Virus record (IMG/VR): IMGVR_UViG_3300022594_000001
DNA length: 64,000 bases
Source of the DNA: a virus
Taxonomy: Duplodnaviria; Caudoviricetes
Reading direction: 5' to 3' (one strand)
Under the pieces are notes generated by a model. The model ran no database searches. It had not been told where the DNA came from and saw nothing but the letters and a program-made list of their open reading frames with translations. Below, piece after piece: positions 1 through 8,544 of this stretch (the stretch's first letter is position 1; every line of letters begins with the position of its first letter). The position numbers were made by a program, and so were the translations under genes.

Positions 1-1
1 T

Positions 2-85
2 ATAGAGAGACTAATAATGGCAGTTGAAGATGGTCATGATAAAAGTGTTAGGGCAATTAAAAACACTGGCAATTTGATTGCTTAA
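2..85 (+). CDS. 3' end of an upstream gene (partial), ...IERLIMAVEDGHDKSVRAIKNTGNLIA*
   Basis: The frame is open from position 2 to TAA at 83-85 and is followed by the portal RBS (AAGGA) and ATG at 95. Product unknown. Confidence 0.55.
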   Translation: MERLIMAVEDGHDKSVRAIKNTGNLIA

Positions 86-94
86 GGATAAACA

Positions 95-1831
95 ATGAGT
101 TGGAAAAAATATTTCACACCTGTACCAGTTAATGGAACTGTCAGCCCTGTTGGCAGCTCGTTAACTAAGGCTGGCCCAGCACGATCAAACTATTCTAGCT
201 ATCTGCCAGATGTTTATGCTGGCGCACCTAATCGTATCGAGCGTTATCAACAATACGAAGTAATGGATAGCGATCCAGAAGTTAATGCTGCATTAGACAT
301 TTTAGCAGAATTCTGCACACAAAAATTAAAAGACGGTAAAACACCTTTTAGCGTACAGTGGCGTCATAAAGCTACAAATAGTGAAGTACGTATTCTAAGT
401 GAATATTTACAACAGTGGACTAAACTACAAAAGTTTGACACACGCATTTTCCGTATCATGCGCAACGTATTCAAATACGGTGATGCTTTCTTTATTCGTG
501 ATCCAGAAACACAGAAATGGAGTTATGTAGATCCAAGTAAAGTTACTAAAGTTATTGTTAACGAAAGCGAAGGCAAGAAGCCTGAACAGTATGTTGTTAA
601 AGATTTAGCACCTAACTTTATGGATTTAGTTGCTACACAGATTACACCTAACATTAATCCACGTAATTCATCAGGTGGTATCGGCGGTGGCGCTGGTTAT
701 ATGGGCCAAGGCGGAGCACAAAAAACTGGACAGTTTTCAGCAGGATCTAGCAATGGTTCTAGATTTGGTGTAAGCGAAACTGAACATGCTATTGATTCTG
801 AACACATGATTCACTTGTCATTGAGCGAAGGCTTAGACAACATGTATCCGTTTGGAAATAGTTTGTTAGAAAACATTTTCAAAGTTTACAAACAAAAAGA
901 ATTATTAGAAGATGCGATTCTAATCTATCGTATTCAACGTGCGCCAGAACGTCGTGTGTTCCATATTGACGTGGGTAATATGCCAGGGCATATGGCTATG
1001 GCATTCGTTGAACGTGTTAAAAATGAAATTCACCAACGTAGAATCCCTAGCCAATCTGGCGGTGGACAAAACGTTATCGATAGTGCATACAATCCTTTAA
1101 GTATCAACGAAGACTATTTCTTCCCGCAAACAGCAGAAGGTCGTGGTTCTAAAGTAGAAACATTGCCAGGCGGTACTAACTTAGGCGAAATTGACGACTT
1201 AAAGTATTTTACTAACAAGTTATTTCGTGGATTACGTATTCCAAGTTCCTATCTGCCAACGGGTGCAGACGATTCGCAAGCCTCATATAATGACGGGCGA
1301 GTAGGTACAGCATACATTCAGGAATTACGCTTTAACAAATATTGCGAACGTTTACAAGCACTTGTAACAGCAGTATTTGATGAAGAATTTAAGATGTACA
1401 TGTATTCACGAGGCGTGAATATTGATGCTAACTTGTTTGAATTAAAGTTTAATCCTCCTTTAAACTTTGCAAGCACACGCCAATCAGCACTAGATGCTGA
1501 GCGTATTAATACATTTACTGGTATTGTTCAAGTTCCGTTTATGTCAAAGCGTTTTGCATTAAAACGTTTCTTGGGATTAACAGACGAAGAAGTAGCAGAC
1601 AACGAACGCTTATGGGCAGAAGAAAATGGTTCAGGACAACCTACATTTACTGATGCAGCAGGCGAACTACGCGGCGCTGGATTAAGTGCAGCAGGAATCG
1701 AAGGCGATTTAAGTGCGGCAGGCGACTTAACTGCACCAGATGGCATGGAAGGTGACACAGACGCTGAGTTAGGCGCACAGGCATCTAACCCAACAGCAGC
1801 ACCTAGCGCACCAGCAACACCACCGGGTTGA
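95..1831 (+). CDS. gp20: Portal vertex protein, T4 gp20-like
   Basis: Motifs EDAILIYRIQRAPERRVFHIDVGNMP, EDYFFPQTAEGRGSKVETLPGGTNLGEIDDLKYF and LRIPSSYL are typical of gp20. It opens the head module. Confidence 0.95.
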   Translation: MSWKKYFTPVPVNGTVSPVGSSLTKAGPARSNYSSYLPDVYAGAPNRIERYQQYEVMDSDPEVNAALDILAEFCTQKLKDGKTPFSVQWRHKATNSEVRILSEYLQQWTKLQKFDTRIFRIMRNVFKYGDAFFIRDPETQKWSYVDPSKVTKVIVNESEGKKPEQYVVKDLAPNFMDLVATQITPNINPRNSSGGIGGGAGYMGQGGAQKTGQFSAGSSNGSRFGVSETEHAIDSEHMIHLSLSEGLDNMYPFGNSLLENIFKVYKQKELLEDAILIYRIQRAPERRVFHIDVGNMPGHMAMAFVERVKNEIHQRRIPSQSGGGQNVIDSAYNPLSINEDYFFPQTAEGRGSKVETLPGGTNLGEIDDLKYFTNKLFRGLRIPSSYLPTGADDSQASYNDGRVGTAYIQELRFNKYCERLQALVTAVFDEEFKMYMYSRGVNIDANLFELKFNPPLNFASTRQSALDAERINTFTGIVQVPFMSKRFALKRFLGLTDEEVADNERLWAEENGSGQPTFTDAAGELRGAGLSAAGIEGDLSAAGDLTAPDGMEGDTDAELGAQASNPTAAPSAPATPPG

Positions 1832-1841
1832 TAAATACATT

Positions 1842-2081
1842 ATGATTCTTAGAGAACTATTTTATATTGACGCTGATACAAGACGCATTGCAAATGATTT
1901 GCGCTATCAGCCCGAGCGTGACGAATCGCAGTTGCATAGTTCTGACACACGCAAAACACGTTTGACGTTACGTCAAATTAACGAGCTACGTAAATCGAGC
2001 GAAGCACATATTTTAGAACAAGAAGGTGAACTAGAATTTATTCATAGTATGTACGCAACACCGGCAGCACCACCGGTATAA
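1842..2081 (+). CDS. Small conserved head-module protein (79 aa), function unknown
   Basis: Has its own ATAAATA motif at 1831. The N-terminus MILRELF carries an L-x-E protease-site-like motif. It lies between portal and core genes. Confidence 0.7.
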   Translation: MILRELFYIDADTRRIANDLRYQPERDESQLHSSDTRKTRLTLRQINELRKSSEAHILEQEGELEFIHSMYATPAAPPV

Positions 2082-2097
2082 ATATATCAGATTACAG

Positions 2098-2124
2098 AAA
2101 ATGCCTCAAACGAGGCGTTTTTTT
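2098..2124 (+). terminator. Probable Rho-independent terminator
   Basis: TGCCTC-AAAC-GAGGCG stem-loop followed by a T run, just after the 79-aa gene. Confidence 0.6.
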
Positions 2125-2200
2125 GGCCATTATAACACTATTTTTAAAATTAAGTGTAAATATATTACAGCCTTGTATAACCATCACAGGAGAATGAACA

Positions 2201-3061
2201 ATGACTGATCGTAAACAATTTGAAGCCATGCTAGAGGCGTTGATCAATGAAGATCAAGAAACAGCAAAAGAGATTTTCCACAATATCGTTGTGGGCAAAT
2301 CACGTGAGATTTATGAAGAATTATTAAAAGAAGACTTCGACTTAGCTGAAAGCGAAGAAGAAGAGGAAGAAGAAAGTTCTGAAGAAGAAGAAAAAGGTTC
2401 TGAAAACCCATTCGGCGGAGACGATGCTGAAGGCGATGACGCTGAAGGTGATGACGCTGAAGGCGATGACGCTGAAGGTGAAGAAGGTTCAGAAGAAGAG
2501 CCATTCGGCGACGAAGAAAGTGAAGAAGAATTCGGCGGCGAAGAAGGCGAAGGCGATATTGAAGATCGCGTTATGGACCTAGAAGATGCCTTAGAAGAAC
2601 TAAAAGCAGAATTTGAAGAGCTAATGTCTCAAGAAGCTGAAGAACCAAATCACGATATCGGTGCAATTGATGCAGCTGGTGACGGTGATGCAGGTGATGA
2701 TTTTGGCGGCGAGCCAGAAGGCGAAGAAGACGAACTACATGCATTCATGGAGTACGTTGACAAAGTAGCTTTACCAAAGCACGGTGATAACGGTGTTAAC
2801 ACTAAGTCTATCGTAGCTGGTAAAAACGATATGGGCGGTACAACTGCTAATATCGCTAAAGGTGGAGAAATGGGTGGCAAAGGCGTACAAAGCGGTTTGC
2901 TAAAGCCAACTACAAAACCACAAACTGGTGGTAACGTAAACGTTCCTGGTGCTAAATCAGCAACTAAACTAAAGCCAGTAACTAAGGGCCACGGTGCTGA
3001 GAAGAAGGGTGCAGGTGAATCTGCTCCTAACACTAAGAGCATTGTTGGGTCACGTAAGTAA
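2201..3061 (+). CDS. Acidic prohead core protein, gp67-like
   Basis: N-terminal helix (FEAMLEALINEDQETAKEIF) followed by a long D/E tract as in T4 gp67. Lies between portal and protease. The C-terminal third is K/G-rich. Confidence 0.65.
   Translation: MTDRKQFEAMLEALINEDQETAKEIFHNIVVGKSREIYEELLKEDFDLAESEEEEEEESSEEEEKGSENPFGGDDAEGDDAEGDDAEGDDAEGEEGSEEEPFGDEESEEEFGGEEGEGDIEDRVMDLEDALEELKAEFEELMSQEAEEPNHDIGAIDAAGDGDAGDDFGGEPEGEEDELHAFMEYVDKVALPKHGDNGVNTKSIVAGKNDMGGTTANIAKGGEMGGKGVQSGLLKPTTKPQTGGNVNVPGAKSATKLKPVTKGHGAEKKGAGESAPNTKSIVGSRK
2417..2476 (+). repeat. In-frame tandem repeat, 4 x 15 bp (GDDAE x4)
   Basis: ggagacgatgctgaa ggcgatgacgctgaa ggtgatgacgctgaa ggcgatgacgctgaa. Confidence 0.9.
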
Positions 3062-3066
3062 TCATT

Positions 3067-3693
3067 ATGCTACATCTTCGAGAAAATCTAAGCTTCAACG
3101 AAGCAAAAATGATCGTTGAATCTGATGACAAAGACGGGAAATCGTTGTATATGTCGGGTATCTGCATTCAAGGCGGTATACGCAATGCAAATCAACGTGT
3201 TTACCCTGTGAAAGAGATTGACAAGGCTGTTAAGACCCTGAACGATCAGATTCAAAACGGTTATAGCGTTCTCGGAGAAGTTGATCATCCTGATGATCTA
3301 AAAATTAACCTGGACCGTGTGTCTCACATGATAACGAACATGTGGATGGACGGTCCAAATGGTTATGGAAAGTTGAAAATTTTACCTACGCCTATGGGAC
3401 AACTAATCCGCACTATGCTAGAAAGCGGTGTGAAATTAGGCGTATCAAGCCGCGGATCTGGAAACGTTAGAGATGACGGATCTGGTGAAGTATCAGATTT
3501 TGAGATTATCACAGTAGATATGGTAGCTCAACCTAGTGCCCCAGGAGCATATCCTACACCAATTTATGAACACTTGATGAATAGTCGAGGGGGATTAAGT
3601 GCCTTACGCATAGCGCAAGAAGTTAAGGGTGACCCGAAAGCACAAAAATATCTCAAAGAGAGCCTATTAGCAATAATTGGCAAACTCCAATAA
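3067..3693 (+). CDS. gp21: Prohead core protein protease, T4 gp21-like
   Basis: Motifs NANQRVYP, LGEVDHP (catalytic His), LGVSSRGSG (catalytic Ser) and DMVAQPSAPGAY. Confidence 0.95.
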   Translation: MLHLRENLSFNEAKMIVESDDKDGKSLYMSGICIQGGIRNANQRVYPVKEIDKAVKTLNDQIQNGYSVLGEVDHPDDLKINLDRVSHMITNMWMDGPNGYGKLKILPTPMGQLIRTMLESGVKLGVSSRGSGNVRDDGSGEVSDFEIITVDMVAQPSAPGAYPTPIYEHLMNSRGGLSALRIAQEVKGDPKAQKYLKESLLAIIGKLQ

Positions 3694-3706
3694 TAAGGAG
3701 AATCAC

Positions 3707-4810
3707 ATGTTGGATGCACTAAAAACGTTATTTGAAAACAATGTGATTTCTACAGAGATCAAAGAGTCAATCGAGCAAGCATGGGAACAGCGTATCGCTG
3801 AAAACCGTGATCAAGTTGCTCAAACTCTACGCGAAGAATTTGCTCAACGCTATGAGCACGATAAAGCTACTATGGTAGAAGCTGTTGACAAAATGTTAAC
3901 AGATCGCCTAGCTGCTGAAATCGCTGAATTTAGTGAAGACCGCAAATCGCTAGCTGAAATGAAAGTTAAGTACGCTTCTAAAATGAAAGCAGATGCTGGT
4001 GTAATGAAGGAATTTGTTACACGTCAACTATCCGCAGAAGTTAAAGAATTGCACGAAGACCAAGTTGCAATGGCTAGTAAGTTCGGTACACTCGAACAGT
4101 TCGTTGTAGAAGCTCTTGCTCAAGAAATTGCAGAATTTTACAAAGACAAACAAGATCTTGCCGAGACTAAGGTACGCTTAGTTCGTGAAGGACGTGAACA
4201 ACTTCAGAAGGTCAAACAACAGTTTGTTGAACGTGCAGCTAAGAAAGTCGAAAAAGTTATTAATGAAGGACTACGTTCTGAATTACATGGCTTAAGAGAA
4301 GACATCGAAGCAGCCCGTCGTAACGACTTCGGTCGTAAGTTATTCGAAGCATTTGCTTCTGAATATCAAACAAGCTATCTTTCTGAGAAGTCAGAAACTG
4401 CAAAATTACTCAAGGTCATAGACATGAAGGACCTAGCTGTTCAAGAAGCTGCTAAAGCTATTGAAGACGCTAATGCCCTAGTAGAAAGTAAACAAGCAGA
4501 AATTGCAGCTTTAAAAGAAGCGCAAGAACGCAAAGAAATCATGAGTGAATTACTTGCTCCACTTAACAGTGAGCAACGTGAGATCATGGGTGAATTAATG
4601 GAGAGTGTAAAGACTACACGTCTAAACGAAAGTTTTGACAAGTATCTTCCAGCAGTCCTAAATGGACATGCAGGTAAAGCTCCGCAGAAGAAACAGGCAC
4701 TTGTAGAGGCAAAAGAAGTTACAGGAAACAAAGTTTCCAACGCAAATCGTAGCGGCGAGAGTGATAGCAATATCGTTGATATCCGTCGCCTCGCTGGACT
4801 AAAAATTTAA
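3707..4810 (+). CDS. gp22: Prohead core scaffold protein, gp22-like (start re-assigned to ATG 3707)
   Basis: Coiled-coil, E/K-rich protein between protease and capsid genes. AAGGAG RBS at 3695-3700 precedes ATG 3707. Ends IVDIRRLAGLKI. Confidence 0.8.
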   Translation: MLDALKTLFENNVISTEIKESIEQAWEQRIAENRDQVAQTLREEFAQRYEHDKATMVEAVDKMLTDRLAAEIAEFSEDRKSLAEMKVKYASKMKADAGVMKEFVTRQLSAEVKELHEDQVAMASKFGTLEQFVVEALAQEIAEFYKDKQDLAETKVRLVREGREQLQKVKQQFVERAAKKVEKVINEGLRSELHGLREDIEAARRNDFGRKLFEAFASEYQTSYLSEKSETAKLLKVIDMKDLAVQEAAKAIEDANALVESKQAEIAALKEAQERKEIMSELLAPLNSEQREIMGELMESVKTTRLNESFDKYLPAVLNGHAGKAPQKKQALVEAKEVTGNKVSNANRSGESDSNIVDIRRLAGLKI

Positions 4811-4821
4811 GGAGAAATTAA

Positions 4822-5982
4822 ATGTCTGAACTACTAAATGGCCGTTGGGCAGAGACTAAAGAAGCTCTTTTAGAAGGCCTACAAGGCACTAAAAAATCTG
4901 TAATGGGAGTTACACTAGAGAACACACGTAAGTACCTAGTTGAAAGCCCAACTGCAGGTGCTACTTCTGCCGGCAACGTTGCCACATTAAACCGCGTGAT
5001 TCTACCGGTTATTCGTCGTGTTATGCCAACCGTTATTGCTAACGAATTAGTTGGTGTACAACCAATGACTGGCCCAGTTGGCCAGATTCATACTCTACGT
5101 GTTCGTTATGCAGATAACGGTACTGGCGTAGTAGCTGGTGAAGAAGCACTATCACCATTCAAGATTGCTGAAGCTTACTCAGGCAATGACAGTTCAACTG
5201 CTAAAGCAGCTTCTACAGCTACTTTAGAAGGACAAGCTGGTAAGCGTATGTCAATTCAAATCTTGAAGCAAACTGTTGAAGCAAAGACTCGTAAGTTATC
5301 AGCTCGCTGGACTTTCGAAGCAGCGCAAGATGCACAAGCTCAACAAGGTATTGACATTGAAGCAGAAGTTATGGCTGCTTTAGCACAAGAAATCACTGCT
5401 GAAATCGACCAAGAGATCCTAGCTAGCCTAGCATCTTTAGCTGGTTCAGCTACTGAAAACTTCGACCAATCTGCTGTATCTGGTACAGCTACATTCGTTG
5501 GTGATGAACACGCTGCTTTAGCTGTTCAAATCAACCGTGTTGCTAACTTGATTGCTCAGCGTACACGTCGTGGTGCTGGTAACTGGGCTGTTGTAAGTCC
5601 ATTTGCTTTAACTATCCTACAATCTGCTACTACTAGCGCATTTGCTCGTACAACAGAAGGTACATTTGAAGCACCTACAAACACTAAGTTTGTTGGTACA
5701 TTGAACAACGCTATGAAAGTTTATGTTAACACATATGCAACTGACTCTACAGACGTATTGATCGGTTACAAAGGTGCTAGCGAATCTGACGCAGCAGCAT
5801 TCTATTGCCCATACATTCCATTGATGAGCAGTGGTGTTGTTCTTGACCCATCAACATTCGAACCAGTCGTATCATTCATGACACGTTATGGTTATGTTGA
5901 GTTGTCAAACACAGCTTCATCTCTAGGTAACGCAGCTGACTACCTAGGTCGTGTAAGCATTTCAAACGTTTCTTTCAAGTAA
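4822..5982 (+). CDS. gp23: Major capsid protein, gp23-like
   Basis: Motifs LPVIRRVMPTVIANELVGVQPMTGPVGQIHTLR, VEAKTRKLSARWTFEAAQD, FYCPYIPL and FMTRYG. Strong RBS and biased codon use. Confidence 0.97.
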   Translation: MSELLNGRWAETKEALLEGLQGTKKSVMGVTLENTRKYLVESPTAGATSAGNVATLNRVILPVIRRVMPTVIANELVGVQPMTGPVGQIHTLRVRYADNGTGVVAGEEALSPFKIAEAYSGNDSSTAKAASTATLEGQAGKRMSIQILKQTVEAKTRKLSARWTFEAAQDAQAQQGIDIEAEVMAALAQEITAEIDQEILASLASLAGSATENFDQSAVSGTATFVGDEHAALAVQINRVANLIAQRTRRGAGNWAVVSPFALTILQSATTSAFARTTEGTFEAPTNTKFVGTLNNAMKVYVNTYATDSTDVLIGYKGASESDAAAFYCPYIPLMSSGVVLDPSTFEPVVSFMTRYGYVELSNTASSLGNAADYLGRVSISNVSFK

Positions 5983-6007
5983 TCCGTTACTTAAAAGTAA
6001 AACACTT

Positions 6008-6029
6008 AAAGGGCTCTTCGGAGCCCTTT
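6008..6029 (+). terminator. Terminator after the capsid gene
   Basis: AAAGGGCTC-TTCG-GAGCCCTTT: perfect stem with a C(UUCG)G tetraloop, followed by TCTCTT. Confidence 0.85.
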
Positions 6030-6040
6030 CTCTTGATTGC

Positions 6041-6134
6041 ATAAATACATAGTACGACTTACATAGGGTAAGTTTTATGCGGAAATCCAACCGCGTATAG
6101 CCTAGAACGCTATTTTTCTTAAGGAGAAAACAAA
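6041..6134 (+). promoter_or_regulatory. Late promoter (ATAAATA, 6041-6047) plus structured 5' leader
   Basis: Hairpins ACTTAC/GTAAGT (6057-6073), TATGCGG/CCGCGTA (6076-6097) and TAGC/GCTA (6098-6112) precede an AAGGAG RBS. Confidence 0.6.
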
Positions 6135-7145
6135 ATGGGACGTCCTTTAAATAAAAAGTACTTTGGTAACCGTAACTATGGTACCAATGGCGAACAAATC
6201 AACAACGGTTTATCTAACAGCCAAAACTACGGTGATGACCACATCGGCGGCGAAGGTTTAGAAAGCATTAGCAATCCGGTTGGTGGAGTTGGCAGCTTTG
6301 TTGTTAATAACACATACAAAAACTTTCCGCAATTAATTATCGGTGCTCCGACTATTCCAGGCGGTGTGCAAGCTGCTGCTGACGTAGTATTTGAAATTAA
6401 CACAGTTACATACTCAAGCGGTGGTGCAACTGGTTATGTAGCTGGTTTGTCAACAGCTATCACTGGTTTAGGTGGTGGTGCAGTTGTTAATATTACAACT
6501 AACGGTGGCGGCGCAGTTAATGCAGTTAACTTGACTGGTGGTAACCGCGGTGAATTCCGTCGCGGTGACGCATTTGACGGTACTGGTATTACAACATTCC
6601 AAGTTTTACAAGCACCTAACGCTGGTACAGATTTACAAATTAACATTACATTCCGTGTTAAGAGCATTACTATTACCCAGAAAGGTTCTGGCTACGTTGC
6701 AGCTCCTAGCTTGTCATGGAACGGTCACACATTTACTGGACAGACAAGTCCAAGTTTAAATGCTGTAACAATGACTACTGATTCAGGTGCAGTCGGTTCA
6801 GCAACTAATCAAGAAAATGCTATCTTAATGACAGCACGTTTAACTGGCGGTTCAGCAGGGTTAGTTGACATTATTCGTCAAGTAAGCACAAACCGTTATA
6901 AAGTAACAGACGGTACACGTACTGGTATTGTTAAACTAAAATCTTCAGTTGCTACAGCAGCCGGTGAAGGCAGTATCCGTTTAGTTGATACTGACGGTAA
7001 TACATATTTTGCTACTAAGATTACATCTCGTAAAGTTGTAATTACTCGTGGCACTGGTAGTCAAGCAGCTTTTCCAACTGGCGCTTCAGTTAAGTGGAAT
7101 ATGACTGCTGCAACAGCAGATTCATTAAAAATCGATAACGCTTAA
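6135..7145 (+). CDS. Virion structural protein (G/T/N-rich, beta-rich), possible head or appendage component
   Basis: Strong RBS, directly after the capsid gene, structural-protein composition. No family recognised. Confidence 0.55.
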   Translation: MGRPLNKKYFGNRNYGTNGEQINNGLSNSQNYGDDHIGGEGLESISNPVGGVGSFVVNNTYKNFPQLIIGAPTIPGGVQAAADVVFEINTVTYSSGGATGYVAGLSTAITGLGGGAVVNITTNGGGAVNAVNLTGGNRGEFRRGDAFDGTGITTFQVLQAPNAGTDLQINITFRVKSITITQKGSGYVAAPSLSWNGHTFTGQTSPSLNAVTMTTDSGAVGSATNQENAILMTARLTGGSAGLVDIIRQVSTNRYKVTDGTRTGIVKLKSSVATAAGEGSIRLVDTDGNTYFATKITSRKVVITRGTGSQAAFPTGASVKWNMTAATADSLKIDNA

Positions 7146-7154
7146 TAAGTGATT

Positions 7155-7172
7155 AGGGGACTTCGGTCCCCT
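7155..7172 (+). other. C(UUCG)G hairpin (terminator or mRNA-stabilising element)
   Basis: AGGGGAC-TTCG-GTCCCCT. Only a weak T tail follows, and the next RBS is immediately downstream. Confidence 0.7.
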
Positions 7173-7187
7173 TATTAAGGATATAGA

Positions 7188-8183
7188 ATGTCTAAGATAT
7201 TAAAAGTAAGTCAGAGTAATTATAAAGTCCAGGTTCAGTCTGGAGGTAATATCACCTTAGATACTGGTTCAGCTGTAGGAACTGTAGTTATTACTGGCAA
7301 TCTTGATGTTAAAGGCACAACTACAACAGTTGAATCAACAAACACAACTGTTAAAGATAATATTATTCAAATTAATTACGGGCAGACTGGTAACGGTATC
7401 AGTTCTACCCTTAATTATCAATCAGGTATTCAAATTGGTCGTGGCAATTATTCAGATGCTAAACTTGTTTTTGACGAAACAGTTCAACACTATGACCAAA
7501 ATTCAGCATCTAATTTACCTGGAACATTTAGTTTCCAGTTTGCAGACGGAAGTTTAGCAGGTATTCAAACTTCTGGTATTGCAGCAGGGTTATCAAGTAA
7601 TTTAAACTTGGACCTACAGAATTCAAGTAACGTTGTTAAAATTGTTAACGCAGATGCATCGAGCTACTCGGCTCGTGTAACGGCAGGCGATGGCAACGTT
7701 GTACCAAATAAACAATTTGTTTATGATTACATTCAAGCAGGTGTTATTGTTTCAGGACAAGCAGACGTTGATAGAATTTATCACGGACATGGAACAAGTC
7801 CTAAAATTGTAGACACTGAAGTTATTGCAAACGCAACTAACATTCAATTTTTAGTTAATCCCGGTACTGGATTAGCTCAACGTGCAGTTATTACAGCAAG
7901 TGGACTAGCCGTTGATGATATTACATTATACGGACATACAGTTAGTAGTACCGGAACATATAATTTAACTCTTACTTCTTTATCAACGAACGAAGTAGAA
8001 ATTAATTCAGTATTAGATCTTGTTGATCAGGGCGGTACAGTTAGTGTAACTGGCGGCAAAACAAAATTGTATTCTAAAACATTAGCCGGTCCTGGAAAAA
8101 CAGGATTATTCTTTGTTAACAACAATAACAATGATGAATTGGTAAGTAAAAACAGAGCGGTACTTTTAAGTATCCTACTTTAA
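7188..8183 (+). CDS. Virion structural or fibre-like protein
   Basis: Fibre-shaft motif VVITGNLDVKGTTTTVESTNTTVKDNII. Hydrophobic C-terminus AVLLSILL. Confidence 0.6.
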   Translation: MSKILKVSQSNYKVQVQSGGNITLDTGSAVGTVVITGNLDVKGTTTTVESTNTTVKDNIIQINYGQTGNGISSTLNYQSGIQIGRGNYSDAKLVFDETVQHYDQNSASNLPGTFSFQFADGSLAGIQTSGIAAGLSSNLNLDLQNSSNVVKIVNADASSYSARVTAGDGNVVPNKQFVYDYIQAGVIVSGQADVDRIYHGHGTSPKIVDTEVIANATNIQFLVNPGTGLAQRAVITASGLAVDDITLYGHTVSSTGTYNLTLTSLSTNEVEINSVLDLVDQGGTVSVTGGKTKLYSKTLAGPGKTGLFFVNNNNNDELVSKNRAVLLSILL

Positions 8184-8192
8184 GGAAAGATT

Positions 8193-8540
8193 ATGGCATT
8201 GACAGCAACAGCAATTACAACAACCGCACTAAGTGGCGGAGCAACTAACGGGACTGTAATTTATACTAGCAGCGGAAACAATGCTATTACTAGCATCATT
8301 GCATGTAACAACAGCGGTAGCACAATTAATCTTTCACTATATGCAGTGCCGAGCGGTAAAAATGCATATAACAATCCAGAGTGTACTATTGTAAGCGCAT
8401 TACCTTTGCCGCCTGGTGAAACTGTTAGTTTTGATCAAGAAAAATTAGTATTAAGTAACGGCGATATTTTATGTGGAATAACAAGCTCTGCATATTCCGG
8501 AACAGGTGTAAGCGTGGTGGTAAGCACATTGGCGGTATAA
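8193..8540 (+). CDS. Small beta-rich virion protein (paralog of 16913 and 32591)
   Basis: About 110 aa, shares I..CN and EKLVL-type motifs with the paralogs, and follows a fibre gene. Confidence 0.6.
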   Translation: MALTATAITTTALSGGATNGTVIYTSSGNNAITSIIACNNSGSTINLSLYAVPSGKNAYNNPECTIVSALPLPPGETVSFDQEKLVLSNGDILCGITSSAYSGTGVSVVVSTLAV

Positions 8541-8544
8541 TACA

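Noticed and set aside
2417-2476. CRISPR-like array
   Set aside because: The units are contiguous in-frame 15-mers with no spacers, so this is a coding repeat.
3677-3706. ORF-track upstream starts for the scaffold (3677), gp14-like (54938) and SGNH-like (39981) genes
   Set aside because: Each overlaps a neighbouring gene. The downstream ATGs (3707, 54863, 39927) have better RBS or promoter context.
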